Source: Phoronis australis
Taxonomy: Eukaryota; Animalia; Phoronida
Reading direction: 5' to 3'
NCBI GenBank assembly: GCA_002633005.1
Contig: NMRA01000151.1
Span: 305,613-369,612 of the forward strand
DNA length: 64,000 nucleotides
Part shown: in pieces, positions 25,142-38,749 of the stretch
Layout of the letters: every line of letters starts with the position of its first letter
How positions within the stretch are numbered: position 1 is the stretch's first letter
Notes under the pieces: generated by a model
Seen by the model: only the letters and a program-made list of their open reading frames with translations
Database searches by the model: none
What the model was told of the DNA's origin: nothing
Position numbers and translations under genes: made by a program

Positions 25142-25639
25142 TATTAGTTTGAGCGATAATATAACGTGCATCAACTTCGTTTAACAGTTTTGTTCTTTCT
25201 TAAAGTGACTATTATCTACAAACGAACACTAAAGTTTTTCAGAAAACAGAACCCGCCACACAGCAGTCGTTACAGGTTAACAGTGAAACACTTCAGGTAT
25301 AAAAGCCAGCAGAGCTACATGGATAAGATAAACGTAAAGCATTAACTAAATTACTTACTGGAGTTTTCCGCTTAACCTAGCCAATAATCCCTCTGAAGTG
25401 CAACACAACGTGAGGAGAACCAAAATTCGAAGTGACTGCTACAAATGACTGCTCAAGCTAAAAATCATCAAAAGGTACTCTGAGTGGTTAGATTACAGTG
25501 GTAACATATACTTAGCCATAAAAGAATTACTTAGGAGCGGGGGTAGACCTCAATTACGATGGACTCTGGAAACGCACATAAAACGCCCCTAGTGGACATT
25601 AAGTATTTTATACTAAGGACTAATGCTCCTTCATTAACA
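25142..25639 (-). repeat. 3' LTR of the BEL/Pao element
   Basis: Aligns by eye with 33199-33577 plus 34896-35073; begins TGTTAATG on the - strand after a purine tract. Confidence 0.85.
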
Positions 25640-26480
25640 TCCCCCGAAAGCAGGGCACATACATAAAAATACGAATATCAAATACAATTGACCACATGAA
25701 TGTTTGACTTAACAAAAGCGTTGGTCCTCCATAGGAAGCAGCACCACATCTTGTGAACTGGTCGCTTCAGTATCCCGTCCAGTGCCTTGTCCTCGAAGCG
25801 GCGTAAACGAACGACCACGACTGTACACAAGACATTAGCTCGGCCGATCAGCCACTTGTTACGTGGCAAGTTGTCGTCATTGATGATAACTGCATCACCA
25901 AATTACTTGCATTACGCTTCTTTGAAGTCCACTTGGACCAACGTTGCAAGGATAGCAGCTATTCGTTTCTCCATCGTCTCCAGATTACATCTACTAAAAA
26001 CTAAACTAGTTACCAACGCTTTCGCATATAAACATCCTGACGCTGAAACTGGCCCCGAGGGAAGCAGAATAACTGATGACCTCAGGGTTAGGATATTGCT
26101 TGGCGACAATGGGTTCAAGTCATCTGCATCTGTCGCCATTGGAGTAAGAGGACGCGAATTGACGATGGCTTCGGCGTCACAGAACAAACTACACAGCGAT
26201 TCGACATCCAGACAGCTAGATGCGTCCCTCAAAGAATATAAAACTGAACGCTGCACTATCGTATACTCAATTTCTGCGAGAACCTGCTTCAATTCACGTA
26301 AGCACCAACAAAATTTGTCGCATTATCAAAAAAGACAACGGATATCATTACCTCTGGGAGCGACAAATCTTCGCAAGGCGTTAATAAAAGAATCTGTACT
26401 GCGGCTGTGCGCTTTATCTATATGCACCGCCCGGTTGGACATGCAGGTCAGAAAAATCGTTTCAAATCTTTTTGTCCCTC

Positions 26481-27430
26481 TGTCAGAATAAATATTGATT
26501 AAGTAATTAGTAAGAATAGACCCATTTTAAGTTGCCCAAAAATATTGCATATGTACTTTTAAATCACGAGGTCAGACATGGATTTTAACGTCAAAATCTA
26601 TTTTTAGATGGTGTTTACTACTTTGGTTCTGGGGTCAAAGCACTGTAGAGATTCTAGAAATTTCTGAGAGCAAATTGTAACATCCAATGATATGATTAGA
26701 TAAGATCATGGAGTTTTTATTAGCCAATCACTAAATAAGTAGAATATTATAATATGAGCTGAAATTAAGGGGATGTTCAGATGAGCTATAGTAGTTGAAG
26801 TATAATGACTCGCTACAGTGTACAAAGGAAATTGTACAACAGAGCCATCTCGTGGAAGATTCTGAAGAGGGTCTTGGCAAGGGCAAGGGTTAACGAGCAG
26901 GAAGTTAACTATGAGCTCGTCACTTGCATCGTGGGTAGTAAGATACTACCTATACGTATTGCGTCGCGAGGAACTGTGATCAGCAAGAGGAATCGCAGGT
27001 AGAAGATACTACCTGCAAGTGTTGCGTCACGAGAGACAGTGACCAGCAAGAGGATTCGTGCGTAGAAGATACTGCCTGCAAGTGCTGCGTCACCAGAGAC
27101 TGCGACCAGCAAGTACACTGTCACAATACAGCGTGTATAGCGAGAAGATTCACCAACAGGACTGTCACCCAACAAGTGGAGAGTCCTACAGCTTGGACAG
27201 CAGATAAGACATTTTATTATTTTGGTTGATTGATTGAAGTCATCTTTAAAGAGGGCGCTAGCGTAGTTACTCCTTTGTAGTTGATTACTCAATTATCAAC
27301 AGGTTTCAGTTTTCTACTTAGTGGTTATCATATAATAAATAATTTACTGGATTTAATCATTCTCTCTCCATCTACGCACAATCTCAAAGCATAGCCACCT
27401 TTTGGACAAACCCACAGTCAATCTTCGACA
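26481..27430. mobile_element. Solo LTR (950 bp) inserted in the BEL integrase
   Basis: TGTC...GACA termini; exact 5-bp TSD CCCTC at 26476-26480 and 27431-27435; removing it rejoins FGPFTVKEG to KR...TC..RAVH. Confidence 0.85.
26935..27112. repeat. Tandem repeat, 63-bp unit, about 3 copies
   Basis: agatact(a/g)cct recurs at 26941, 27004 and 27067, each followed by tgcgtc...cagcaag. Confidence 0.85.
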
Positions 27431-30318
27431 CCCTCCTTCACCGTGAATGGGCCAAAGTCAAATCTACGCAAGTGTATGTGAATGGTGGATCAGTAGCGGT
27501 TCTCGATAAGGGTTAATGTGCCACAAGTTGCTCAGAGAACGATCCACGGAGGCGTCAGCAACGATTAACCACCCGCCTGAAGGGCGAATTACAAGCAACA
27601 ATCCAATACCTTTAGCGTACGGATGACATTACATGACTTCGATCGGCGTGCCCAAGAGTTTATGATTAAGTTGTACGATGACTTCAGTGACGTGGCCTTT
27701 TTGGTAGGATGATTGGAGATTTCATATTTTCAGACAGCGATTTTATGGCTAGTCCTCCAACTACTTTGATCCAACCATCCTCCATAAAAGGATTCAACCC
27801 AGTCAAAGAGCTCTTGTCTGTTCTGCTGACAGACAGCGTTTGCTCTTTCTGAAGAAAGAAGTCTCTCTGAACAATTTTTAGCAAAGCAACTTCGGCTGCA
27901 AACAATTCGTCTACGCTGTAAGGGTTTGCAAACCAAGCTTCTTCAGCGGTGGGATTCCGATGATCCTGGAGATATTGCAACATATGAAGCAAACTGCGGT
28001 ACAAAGCAAAGGCTTTCTTCATCAGATACCAGTCACAATAGTGGTTTGCAAGACATTTCATGACATTGAAGGAAACGTAAGTCACAATCGAGGCACTCTG
28101 AGCAGCCTGTTGTCCAATGTTTTCTCGAGAAAAAACAGGTTGTACTGACCAGAGACTCTATACTTGCCTTAAAAAGGGAGGTTCAGACAACTTAATGGCA
28201 TCCGTTGTCATCATCTGTCCTTTGAAACCAATGGAGTCCTCATCGGTGAGGTTGCTAAACGAGTCAACATGTCTATTGCGGGGGCTCCGACCTTTCTCGT
28301 ATGGTGCGTACTCTGTTGGCTACAAATATGGGAAAACGTCTGCTGCCATTAGCAATAAAGTGGAGAACTGCCGTACAGTCTGTGTGGTACACGATTCTAT
28401 CAAATTTAGTTTTCAGCTCCTTAGTCAACAACTGGCCAATACTCACCGACAATGTGGCTGCGGTGAGCTCTAGTCTGGTAATCGTCATAAGTTCGATAGA
28501 TGCTACTCGTTCTTTGCTGGACGCAAACGAAATGGGAATGTCGCCGCTTTCATTTACTAGGCATAGAAAGGCACACGACGCATAACCACTGGAACTAGGA
28601 TCGCAAAGATGTGCAGTTGGGTTAACGTCACATGACCAATGCTCTCAGGCTTGTGACGTCTGCCAATGCTAAAATTTTCTAGCGCAAGAAGCTCGGCTAA
28701 CCACTTGGATAATCTTGCGGCATATCTATCAGAACTATGTCATCCCAGCCAATGGTCTCTTTGCAAAGTTCCTGTAAGACACGCTTAGTAAGTAAAGCAA
28801 ACGATGCTATGAATCGAAGAAGATCATAAATGGAACTGACTACTGACAGCGTAGTTCTCCTGGTTGGTGGCTTGTCAGAGACGAAAACCTGGAAATTGTA
28901 CCTGTCAGAAAACACACACCACTGCACACGGAGGACACGTTCTTCAGGCAAAGAAAGCTTGGGTGTCTTTAGCACGCTCTTTTTCTGGAATAGACTTTGG
29001 CCACCATAAGAACCACAAAAAGTCACGGTGCTCTGGGGACATCTTGACCTGGTGAAACATTGCCTCGATGTCAGCTGTAAAAGCAACATTGTTTCTCGAA
29101 ATCTCATTGGAACACCGTTCAAAGAGTTTGTCAAGTCAGGAACCTGGATTAAGATACTGTTCAGTGAAACCCTTTGATAAGTTGCACTGCAGTCAAACAC
29201 AGCTCGGATCTTACCAGGTTCACGTGGATGAAAAATTCCGTGGTGAGGGAGATACGAACAGCGGCCTTCGGGTGTCAGACGCTCTTTTGCTTGAACGTTT
29301 TTTGGATTAACCTTCTCAAGAATGTGACGTAGTCATCCCTATATCTTGAATCTCGCTGCATGTTCTTCTGCTAGTTTGCACGTGTCACGGCTTGCTGTCT
29401 GTTGTCAGGAAAGATGGCCTTCTGGTCACGAAAAGGGAGTGGGATAACGTAGTTACCGTCTGTCATAGTCGTTTCAATAGCTACTAGATCCAAGAACGCC
29501 TGGCGCTCTACAGTCAATCCACGTTGGTCAGTTACAGCACTGGTGTTATCGCTGAAGTCAAACTCAAGGCGACTGATTACAGCATTAGGATTCAAAACTT
29601 CTTGACGACCTTCCTGGGCTGTTATGTGGCAACATGATACAGTAATAGATAATGATGTAGAGCAGGCTCCATTAATGGTCCAGTCAGGCCGTAACCAAAA
29701 TGCGAAGGGACCGCATTGGTGAGAGGGCACGGCACGTAATTGTTCAAGTGCATGTGGACAGTTGCTACTAATAAGCAAATCGATTTCGGGATCTGGGTGA
29801 TATTTATGAATGAGTTTTGAAACTTCAGACATACCTGGAGTCATGTGCAAAACGTTTAGCTGGGGAATACGTCCATGATCCAGCTGGTAGGTCACACCTC
29901 GTGTACGTCTTTGGTAGCTTGAAGGGATTATCTTTGTTCCAGTCAGAGATAACAAGTCCTTCCACGGCCCTGGAGTCGATCACCAAACTTCCGTGCACAG
30001 TACTAAGCTGCAGTGCTAAGGGGGTCATTGGCACATCTAGTCCTTCCAATTGTCTTGCTCTAATGAAAGTTGCTGTACTAACTGGGTCGAAGAGTGAGTA
30101 AGTCTCCAGCACAACTCTGCCAGTCTCATGATGTACCTTCACATAGACAATAGCCTGAAGAACAAAATTGTCATTATTTAACAAACATCAGTGCCCACAA
30201 GACAACTTCACAGTAGTTTAAAAAACGGACAATAGCCGCACAAATGAAAAAGTTCAGATTGATTCGACGTTTCATCTATTCATTAGACATCAGCAGGTGA
30301 TAAACAATAAGACATCAA

Positions 30319-31471
30319 CATCCGATTTCATAAAGGTGGTTTAAAGTTAAACCTGGTTTAAACTGGACTTAGACCAGGTTTAAATATAATCTGAATTTCA
30401 TGAAGGTGTTTTGACTTTGAGACCATTGGTCTAGTAAAGCCTGGTTTAACTCCAGTTTAGACCTGGTCTAAGTCAGTTTTTATTTCACCAATGAGGTCTA
30501 TATTCCTTAAACATATATTAAGATCTTAAACCAGGTTTAACTTTAGACTTGGTCAGACCCAGGTTTAATGCTATTAACCATGCCTGACTTGCATGATATT
30601 GGTACAACTGAATGATGCCGCGGTGTGCATTTACGACGCAGTTTTAGAGCGAGGATGGACTATTTTCAATATTCAGTTTTACGACGACACGATATTAATT
30701 ATAGCAGGGTCGGATCTATGATTTTTAAAGGGGGGAGTCGCTTAAGAATTTTTTAAAAAGGGGGACCAAGTTAACAATTTGAAAATTATAGATTTGATAT
30801 TATAATCAAGCAAAAAAGGGGACCCGGACCCCTTAACCCCCTTGGATCCGCCTATGCGGAGATCAGTAGGTGCTGGAGGGTGTCCTTAGATTCCTCAGAA
30901 TACGACTAGTCGAGCAGGGCGTCAAGTCATCGTCGTAAGCGCTACGGTTTGACTGAAGACAGCATCTTCTGGTCCTTCTGACTGAGTTCCACCTTCACTG
31001 ATCTTGCCCTCCCCCTTGTGGTCGCGAAAAATGAACACTAAAATGGCACGGGAATAAATTGTGGCATTTATCATGATGCAGATAATCGTGAGCATGTACT
31101 TTAATGTGTGTACGCATGTGTTGGGCTTAGATATTTCATTTTCCTCATGAGAAAAGCTTTTAGACATTTTTCGCAAATTAAATGTCTGCTCTGATTCTAC
31201 TAGTATGTGCCATTTGCATACGTGATCGAGGTTTCATTAAAACACTTTATAGTTTCTTTGTTGGGTTAATCCAGATCGACACAGTAGGGTGGCTTGGATA
31301 ATTTAAACCTGGTTTTACTAAACTAGCTCTCTGGTCTAACAAAACCAGGCTATCAGACTTTTAAACCACGTTGGTGAAATGCAAGTTAGGTGTGAAATTA
31401 GACCAGGTTTGGGAAGACCAGGTTTAAGAGTTAAACCTGGTTTTGTTGAACCACCTTTATGAAATCGGCTG
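30319..31471. mobile_element. MITE with 3-bp TSD (PIF/Harbinger-like) and many aaaccaggttt subterminal palindromes
   Basis: TIR ca(t/g)ccgatttcataaaggtggtt at both ends; TSD CAA at 30316-30318 and 31472-31474 restores the Penelope sequence; a fragment of the family lies at about 50225-50345. Confidence 0.75.
30705..30856. mobile_element. Small CAGGG..GGATC MITE nested in the Harbinger-like MITE
   Basis: cagggtcggatcta...ggatccgcctatg termini; no TSD visible. Confidence 0.55.
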
Positions 31472-33577
31472 CAAGTGTCTATATACCAGTCAGGTTACAT
31501 TCATGAAGTGAAATGAGTGACGCAACAACACAGGGAATAGTAACAAGGTCATCACCACAGCTGCATATTCAATGAGCTCTGTATGTTATTCAGTGAACCA
31601 GCAACATGCTTGTCCTGAATTGCCAATGACTTTTAATATAAAGTAATTCTTTTCTAGGTTCTTTAGAAATAATACAGACTGAATTAACTTGGTGGTTGTC
31701 ATTGACAGAACGGCTATAGACGTTGCTTTTGTCTGAGGTGTAATGTTCCCTTAATCTGTCAGAGACGTCTTCGTGCGAGTCCGAAATAGAATTCATTGAA
31801 GTTATCACATTCAACCTTAAAACAACACTGCTATAGGTGACTTCAGTTTACACAGCAAGTAAGTTTGCAAAGAAGTCTTCCTATTTCGACCGCCTTTAAA
31901 CACGTGATTTCTGCCAAGGCTTACGTAGCACAAATTCTGATCCTTCAGGACATTATTTCTCTCTGATATGCGCTTCTGAAGCAATGTCTTTCAATCCTTC
32001 AGCCTGGGCGGCGCGGCATAGAAAAAAGTGGACTGTAGCCCCCCTGGCCCCCTATGGTGTGCCGCCTATGTTAAGGCGATGAGGATGTTTGCAGAACAAA
32101 CAGAATAGGCTAGAACTCACGCCGAATTTCGTAACAAACAAAAATGAACATTGTTTTTTCCCCACGGCTGTCTTTTTGGGTGGTACTCTTCAAGTGCGAC
32201 TCATCCAAACACCCGGTCATTGTTGGCTTGCGAGGTACTTTGAATGACCGTCACCAAATCGCTGAAAATTGGAATAAGGCGTGATCTCCGCAACGCAGCT
32301 ACCCTGTCTCTCCATTTGTTTCGCATGGACGCAGAAGTTCCCGTACCGCTGTCTGCATATTTGGAGGATGGCCCAATACCTCTAAGTGCGGTATACCTCT
32401 CATGGCATGGCGGCATGTTTGTAGGAAACAGCACAGTCGTTTAAAGCCTTGTCCGCCGTCGTGCTCGATCGGTAGTTGGCGTCGGCCCTGATATAGGAAA
32501 CGGAACCGCTGGCGCGGTCTCCGAAGCCAGGTGCCGTAACAATAGACATAGCCGATGAAATAGTTCTTATGGCGTTGTCCTTGGACGCACACAATATCGA
32601 GGCAGACTGCATACTAAATGGCACGAAAACGGGCGAAAAGTCGGCACCAGTTGTGGACGTCGACAAGTAGTGGACAACATGGCGCAGACACTTGCGTGGA
32701 ATTGACAAACGGTGGCTCGATCAGCTGCATAGATTTGACGTCTTGTGACCCGGAAGTCATCATTTCGTGTACGACAGGTAGCGCTGACGTAGGTGTATAA
32801 TGGGTTGCCTGTGGCGCAGTCTGTAAGACAGCGGAGTTGACATCGTGAAGCGCGGTTGCTGGCGAATCATGAACAACACGTGGCATGAACGTAAATGATT
32901 GCACAAGTGGCGACGCCATTTGAAACATGGGTTTTGCACCGAAACTAGTGTCCAGTTCGTCCATGACTTTTTGTCTGGCTTACGTTACTTTGATTTCTGT
33001 CGTTTGCTGTAGCTCCTTGGCTCTGATTCCCAAAATAACCTTTCCTGCTTAAGTTTGAATTTGTCTTTTAAAACTTCCCTACAAGCTAGTAGTTCTGCTT
33101 TTTGACTGCTTGAAATCGATGCCGAAGATTTCTGGGACTCTGAAGATAGGGAATCATAGTCGGTTTCTTCACCGAGTATTTGTTGCCTCAGCCATCTCAG
33201 TTAGTGTGGACGATAATATAACGCGTCGGCTTCGTTTAACAGTTTTATTCTTAAAGAGACGATTAACTACAAACGATAAATAATGTTTGTCAGATAACAA
33301 CCAAACAATATTCTCAAAACCTTACTCAATACGGCTCGAACCCGAACTGTACAAAACCACCACACAGCAGTCGTTACAGGATAACAGTGAAACGCTACAG
33401 GTATATAATCCAGTAGACCTACATGAATAAGATAAACGTAAAGCATTAACTAAATTACTTACTGGAGTTTTCCGCATGACCCAAGTAATACTTCCTCTTA
33501 AGTACAACATGATACATGACGAGAACCAATATTCGAAATGAGCGCTACAAGCGACTGCAGAAGCTAAAAACCATTAA

Positions 33578-34891
33578 AGACAAAGGCAACCTTTTTTCAT
33601 GTCACTTTTAGCAAAAATAAGGTTCGTTGATTATCCCAGACACATTTTTCACTTAATTACAGCTTTTCGTAATTTGATTAATTTCTCGTCCTCTACTCCG
33701 GAAGTGACGTTTCGAGAGGCAAGAGTTTCGCGCCAATTTCTTTTCATTATAGTGTGCGAGAGCTGTCGAGTCAGTCATTGTTCTACCTCGTTTGTAATAA
33801 GTTCGGTCGTCGTTTGCTTTTGTTTACAAGTCAGTCAACTTGCCACGCTGTTGCTGCGTGCCGGGATGTACTCATTATCGTCTCACACGCGCTTTGGGTA
33901 CCTTGCGTCGCTTTCCGAAGGATGACACACTTCGCCGTACTTGGCTAGCTCGTTCATGTGAAGAACGCAGCGCTACCCGTCCACGCAACGTACAAAGCAA
34001 CGGAGGTTACCGAGTGTGTGGCAAGCATTTTCTGCCGTCAGATTATGACAGATATGTACGCTGAATTGATGAAGGTCCCTGCGAAACAATGACGCCTGAA
34101 GAAGGGTTCCATACCGTTGCTGTTGATTCCCGGCAGTGCCCCGTCGCCAACCCCGAGAAGTCTGTTTTTTGAAGCGAGAAGCCTTGCGAGCTGTGGCCAC
34201 TATATACAGTGACTGAAGGCACTTCATCTACTGTCACCCATGCCTCCGAACGTAGCCCATTGCATGCAATTCCGGAAACTAGCAGTGATTCGCCCTGTGC
34301 TGTTGTCTCTAGCCCAGAGCCTGTAAGCAGCCCTGCAGCGATGTTGAGTAGTGGGAGTGAATACAGGCCCAGTTCGACACCCAGTGAAGAGGACAGTTCG
34401 TCATCCAATGAACAGATCGGTGAGCCTAAGTTTGATAAGTTTATTGTGGACTTGTATTGGAGCTATTTGGAAGGTGCCACGTGTGTGGCGAGGGAGTAAG
34501 CAGTTTGGGTGCTCAGATCACCCTCCAGTGGGAGTGTGTCGCGGGACTCTGGGGCAAGTGGGACAGTTCTTCCTCTGTACGTGAGACGATAATGAGTACA
34601 CCCCAGTACGCAGCAACAGCGTGGCATGTTGACGGACTCATTAGCAAAAGCAAACGACGACCGAACTTATCACAACAGAGGTAGAACAATGACTGACTCG
34701 ACTGCTCTCACAGTCAGACTATATGAAAAGAAATTGGCGCGAAATTCTTACCTCCCAAAACGTCACTTCCGGAGTAGATGACGAGTAATTAATTAAATTA
34801 CGAAAAGCAGTAAATAAGTGAAAAATATGTCTGGGATAATCAACGAACCTTAGTTTCCCTAAAATGACATAAAAAAAGGTTGCCTTCGCCT
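33578..34891 (+). mobile_element. Non-autonomous Kolobok-like DNA transposon with a frameshifted THAP domain, inserted in the BEL 5' LTR
   Basis: TTAA at 33574-33577 and 34892-34895; ~245-bp TIRs starting AG; internal PRCCCVPGC...RFPKD...RRTWL...RVCGKHFLPSDY; flanks rejoin to match the other LTR. Confidence 0.88.
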
Positions 34892-36287
34892 TTAAGCGGT
34901 ACTCTGATTGGTTAGATTACAAAGGTAACATGTACTAAGCCAATAAAAAATTACTTAGGAGCGGGATTAGACCACAAATGCGATGCATTCTGGAAACATC
35001 CTAAGACGTACATACAACGCCCCTACTGGATATTAAGTATTCTAAGCAAAGGACTAATGCTCCTGCATTAACAATGGGCACACAGGTCCGCGGCCGCAGA
35101 AAAACAAAAATTCCGAAAAAGTAGAAAAAGAGAAAAAAAGTCCACTAAACTATCAAATTCGGCGAATGCATATTTCATAGCTCTGAACGTACCCCGTGAA
35201 TTTTAGTTAAAGGTCCATATTCTCAAAACTTGGAGCCTTCCATATTTTAGGCTTGGTGCGCGCATGAATCTGGTCACCGGCATAAATCCGCAATAAAGGT
35301 AAGGACCGCCACTTACCGCCAAAATTAAATATGTTCATTTTTGCGGCGGTCTTGAATGCTTGAAATTGACCATGTACAATCGCTTACAACGTTTAAATCA
35401 CCAGCCTCCGTGTCAGCACCCAAATATCCGAAATGGCGCTATTCTACACCGCCGTCGATCGACGGAATAAGAGCAAATTAAGCTGCGTCCACTGTTTAGC
35501 AAGCAGGAAATCAGAGTCGGTGCCGGATTTACTGGGTTACCACCACTCACTATGAACGGATATGTGTAATCACAAAGAGAAAGGAGTAATAATTGCTTGC
35601 ATCCTCCAGAACCTCTTTCATACAAAAAGTGCAATTTCATAAAATATGAACAATAGTGATTGATTATATCCTAGAGCCCTCCCATAAGAGGCCTTCCAAA
35701 TGAAAGAATCTCATTAAAAGAGGGACAATGCCACGATAATATGAAAGGTTTGTCTTTTCAAAATAAAGAAGGGCAACAATTGATGCTAGCTTCACAGCTC
35801 AATCCACTGGGAGCCCGCGACCTTTTGAAAGATTTGCGAACAACATAAACACAAAAACAGACACTTTTACAAATGTCCCCATGAATTTGAAACTGAAAAA
35901 AAAATGTCCTGGAAAGTTGTGGATTTTACATATTGTTTGAAGTTACGTAACATGCCCTAAATCAAGAGCAAGCACTCAATATATGCTGGATTTTTGAAGA
36001 ACTGGGTGCACCCCTGACATAGTAAACGATTAAACTCGGCGCTCAGCAGAATGACTTGCACTACCTTTTGTAAATGTGGCTTTGGCCTCAGGATCGGAAT
36101 GCTAGGCATCAAACGCAGAGCCATCAAGTGGCCTTGTGCTCGGAATCCTTGTAGGCTCCGACACCTGCAATCAGGGTCAACGGCCTCTGAGTTATCACAC
36201 AGTTTAAGTTATTGCATAATAAAAATACAATTATTCTGCTTCAAAAATTGATATCACCCTAACGTTATTTCTTGGGCAATTTTCCAG

Positions 36288-36614
36288 CATATTCCATAAC
36301 GCCGATCATTAGAAAAGATCAGACCGTTGTCCATACCAATGATACAGTGATTGTCCAAGGCGATGTCGAATACAACATCAGTTGTAAAACAAACGGGACA
36401 TCCAAAGATATGAACGTCACTTGGACCTTTAACAGAGATGAAATAAATGTCACCAGTGACCAGCAAACAGTCAACTTCATGAATGACACCTCGATGTACG
36501 TGTACGAGAGAGCTCTGGCTTTCTTTCCCACGCAGGTCGCCAACCGAACAATTACATGTGTCGTGGAAATGAATAATTCGCAGGTTGCGTCAAAGTCAAT
36601 CAGACTGGATATGT
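36288..36614 (+). CDS. Ig-like domain exon A of a multi-Ig-domain gene
   Basis: Branch-like ccctaac, acceptor tttccag, donor gtaagt; 327 bp, phase 1-1; YNISC...NVTWT...TITCVV. Confidence 0.85.
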
Positions 36615-36699
36615 GTAAGTTGTTTTTGCATTAACCATGTAGGCCAGTATTTTTAAGTGTTTCCTGTTTTTTTTTCTAACGAGTGGTGTTTTTTAAGCC

Positions 36700-37896
36700 T
36701 GTGATTTGTAACACCTTCCGATCTTCAAACTCTCTAATCCTTGAAGGCTATTTCTCCATAGCTTCCACTAGGCCCTTAAACCATCTGGATGGGAACAATC
36801 TCAGTCTACATGATCACTACAGAGTTGCTGCAAGATTTGAGTAAATAAACCTAAGGGGTCGTGCACAGAAGCTACAGTGGCTAAAATACCCCAGCTGTAT
36901 AGTGGCTTATCACACCAATACACGCCATGTGCTCTTTTCACTGGAATTCTGTCCTGCAAGAGATTCACTTCATTTACCTGACACAAGTGATCATTAGGAT
37001 CAATTGACTCTATCACTGCTTTAGAGATGGACATAAACGTGGGCAGTCTTAATGCACTTTTAGCGCAAAGTGTTTTGGTGTTTTCAATCAAAGTACTTTA
37101 CTCGTCAATCGATACTGACATGAGACTGTCGCCCACATAAAAATTTCTGTGAACAAATTTAGTGGCGTCGGGATTAAATTCACTTTCATATTTGGTGGCT
37201 ACAAATTTGACCACAAAATTCGCACATCCTGGGAAGAAGTGGCCCCGAACATATGCACTGTCATACGATACTCAGAGGGTTCAAAATCTATATTACCATC
37301 CTCCCACCACAAAAAAACCAAAAGAAGTTTCACTGTTTCTCGTCTACTTGGACCTGATGGAATATTGCGTCAATGTCTAAAGCGACAGAGAACACCAATT
37401 AAGGTGCTTTTCTGTTTAGGTCTAGATAATAAATGATCACCGAGGAATACTTCTCGAAACTTGGCGCTGCAATCAAAAACTACTCTTACTTTATTAGGCT
37501 TCTGGGCATGAAATACGCCATGATGTTTTATGTAGTTCACAGGAACCGTTTTCCAGCTCGAGCTCGGTAATCGGAACATTTTCTGAAAATCATTGTCGAA
37601 GAGCTTATTCATGAAATCAACGTACTGTTGTTTATACTTGGAATCAGACTTTAACCGTATTTCCAATTATTTCAAACGTTGCAGTGCCAATTGCCTGTTA
37701 TCAGCAAGTGACGGTCCAGTGACCTTAAATGACATTGGCACTTTGTTGTGTCCATCTAATCTCTCGTGAACACAATATTCTAAGATAGTCAAAAACCTTA
37801 AGTCCTCTTGAGAGGCTGAATCAATGACACCTCTCGCAAAAATTTAGTTCAAGCGTTATAATGATATCATCCGTAGGTATTTCGTTTACGCTCGCC
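36700..37896 (-). mobile_element. Second BEL/Pao pol remnant (RT region); continues briefly after 44757
   Basis: YIKHHGVFHAQKPNKVRVVFDCSAKF, ILATVASVHDPLG, SQEDLRFL; many stops and frameshifts. Confidence 0.85.
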
Positions 37897-38749
37897 TTAA
37901 ATCGTAACTTCAACGGAATTTTGTTATTTTAGATGTATTGGGCTAACCAGATAGTCCTAGCAAAGCCTGAGTAAAATAAAAAAACGCGAGTTCAATCACG
38001 CAAATGTAAGCCCGTCAAATAGTAAGTGAAGCTGCCTTTTCGCGCCATGTTGCGTCACCGCGAGATCCCAGCACAAACAACAAAGGGTTGTATTGAATAG
38101 GGGTCTGAACAGAAAACCATTGCGTGCAGGTTTTATTCGCAGCTGTTTGAGTTAAAAGGTGATTCTCGTGGTGACGAAGACAAAAGCAAGCCAATACGCC
38201 TAACAGTTCGTTACATTTGACAATTTATAGCATTTTTGGGCTCAGAGGGATGCTTTTAACGTACTGTAGGTACCAATCTTGCAGGTGTTACCGTTGCAGA
38301 TAGGCTTTAAATCGTTCACAATTCGCCGTTGACTGCCGAGTTTACATCAAACAGTGACGAAACGTGTGCTGCTGAATGATACCTGCGTGCCCCCTTATCT
38401 TAGCGAGCGTGCAAGGAACCAGCAAGTGGTCGTATTGGCGTTCTGTGCGCGTCTTGTGAAAACTTGCTGTTGACTTGTCACGTCGTCTGCAAATATGAAT
38501 GCTCATGTACGGTAATGCACCAAACTTGCCATTCTTTAGTTTTCCAAATCCAGTTGATTTTCTAGTAACCATGCTATTGTTAGATCCTATGCGTATACTC
38601 TATGCTGTGACGTTTGTAACTAAGTCTTTGTTAGGACTTAAAGCTAGGGATTTCCTAGGAACAAGCGCAATCGAACAGCGAAAATTGTAATGTAGCAAAG
38701 AAAATTAATTATAGCTTACAAAATGCTACGACGGATTTGGTCTGATTTT

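Larger units (their letters stand above)
30221..31860 (-). mobile_element. Penelope-like element remnant of the same family as 21380-22260, interrupted by a MITE
   Basis: 30221-30318 and 31475-31860 match the 21380-22260 family (DRLREHYTSDKSNVY...ELLYIK); its hammerhead core at about 30266-30297 is mutated to CTGCTGA. Confidence 0.8.
25142..35073 (-). mobile_element. Decayed full-length BEL/Pao LTR retrotransposon with nested insertions
   Basis: Two diverged LTRs (25142-25639; 33199-35073 split by a TTAA element); PPT at 25640-25645; near-TSD ATGGA/ATGGG. Internal - strand motifs: gag Cys/His-knuckle remnant near 31900, protease ETYSLFDPVSTATFI, RT FDCSATYQRVSLNS, RNase H YHTDCTAVL..FVANRV, integrase AIVNSRPLT and LKRPVHKM. 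Confidence 0.9.

Noticed and set aside
25787-26491. 234-aa + strand ORF
   Set aside because: Antisense shadow of the BEL integrase region.
26935-27112. Regularly spaced repeats as a possible CRISPR array
   Set aside because: Whole 63-bp units are similar with no unique spacers, there are no cas genes, and the context is a eukaryotic LTR.
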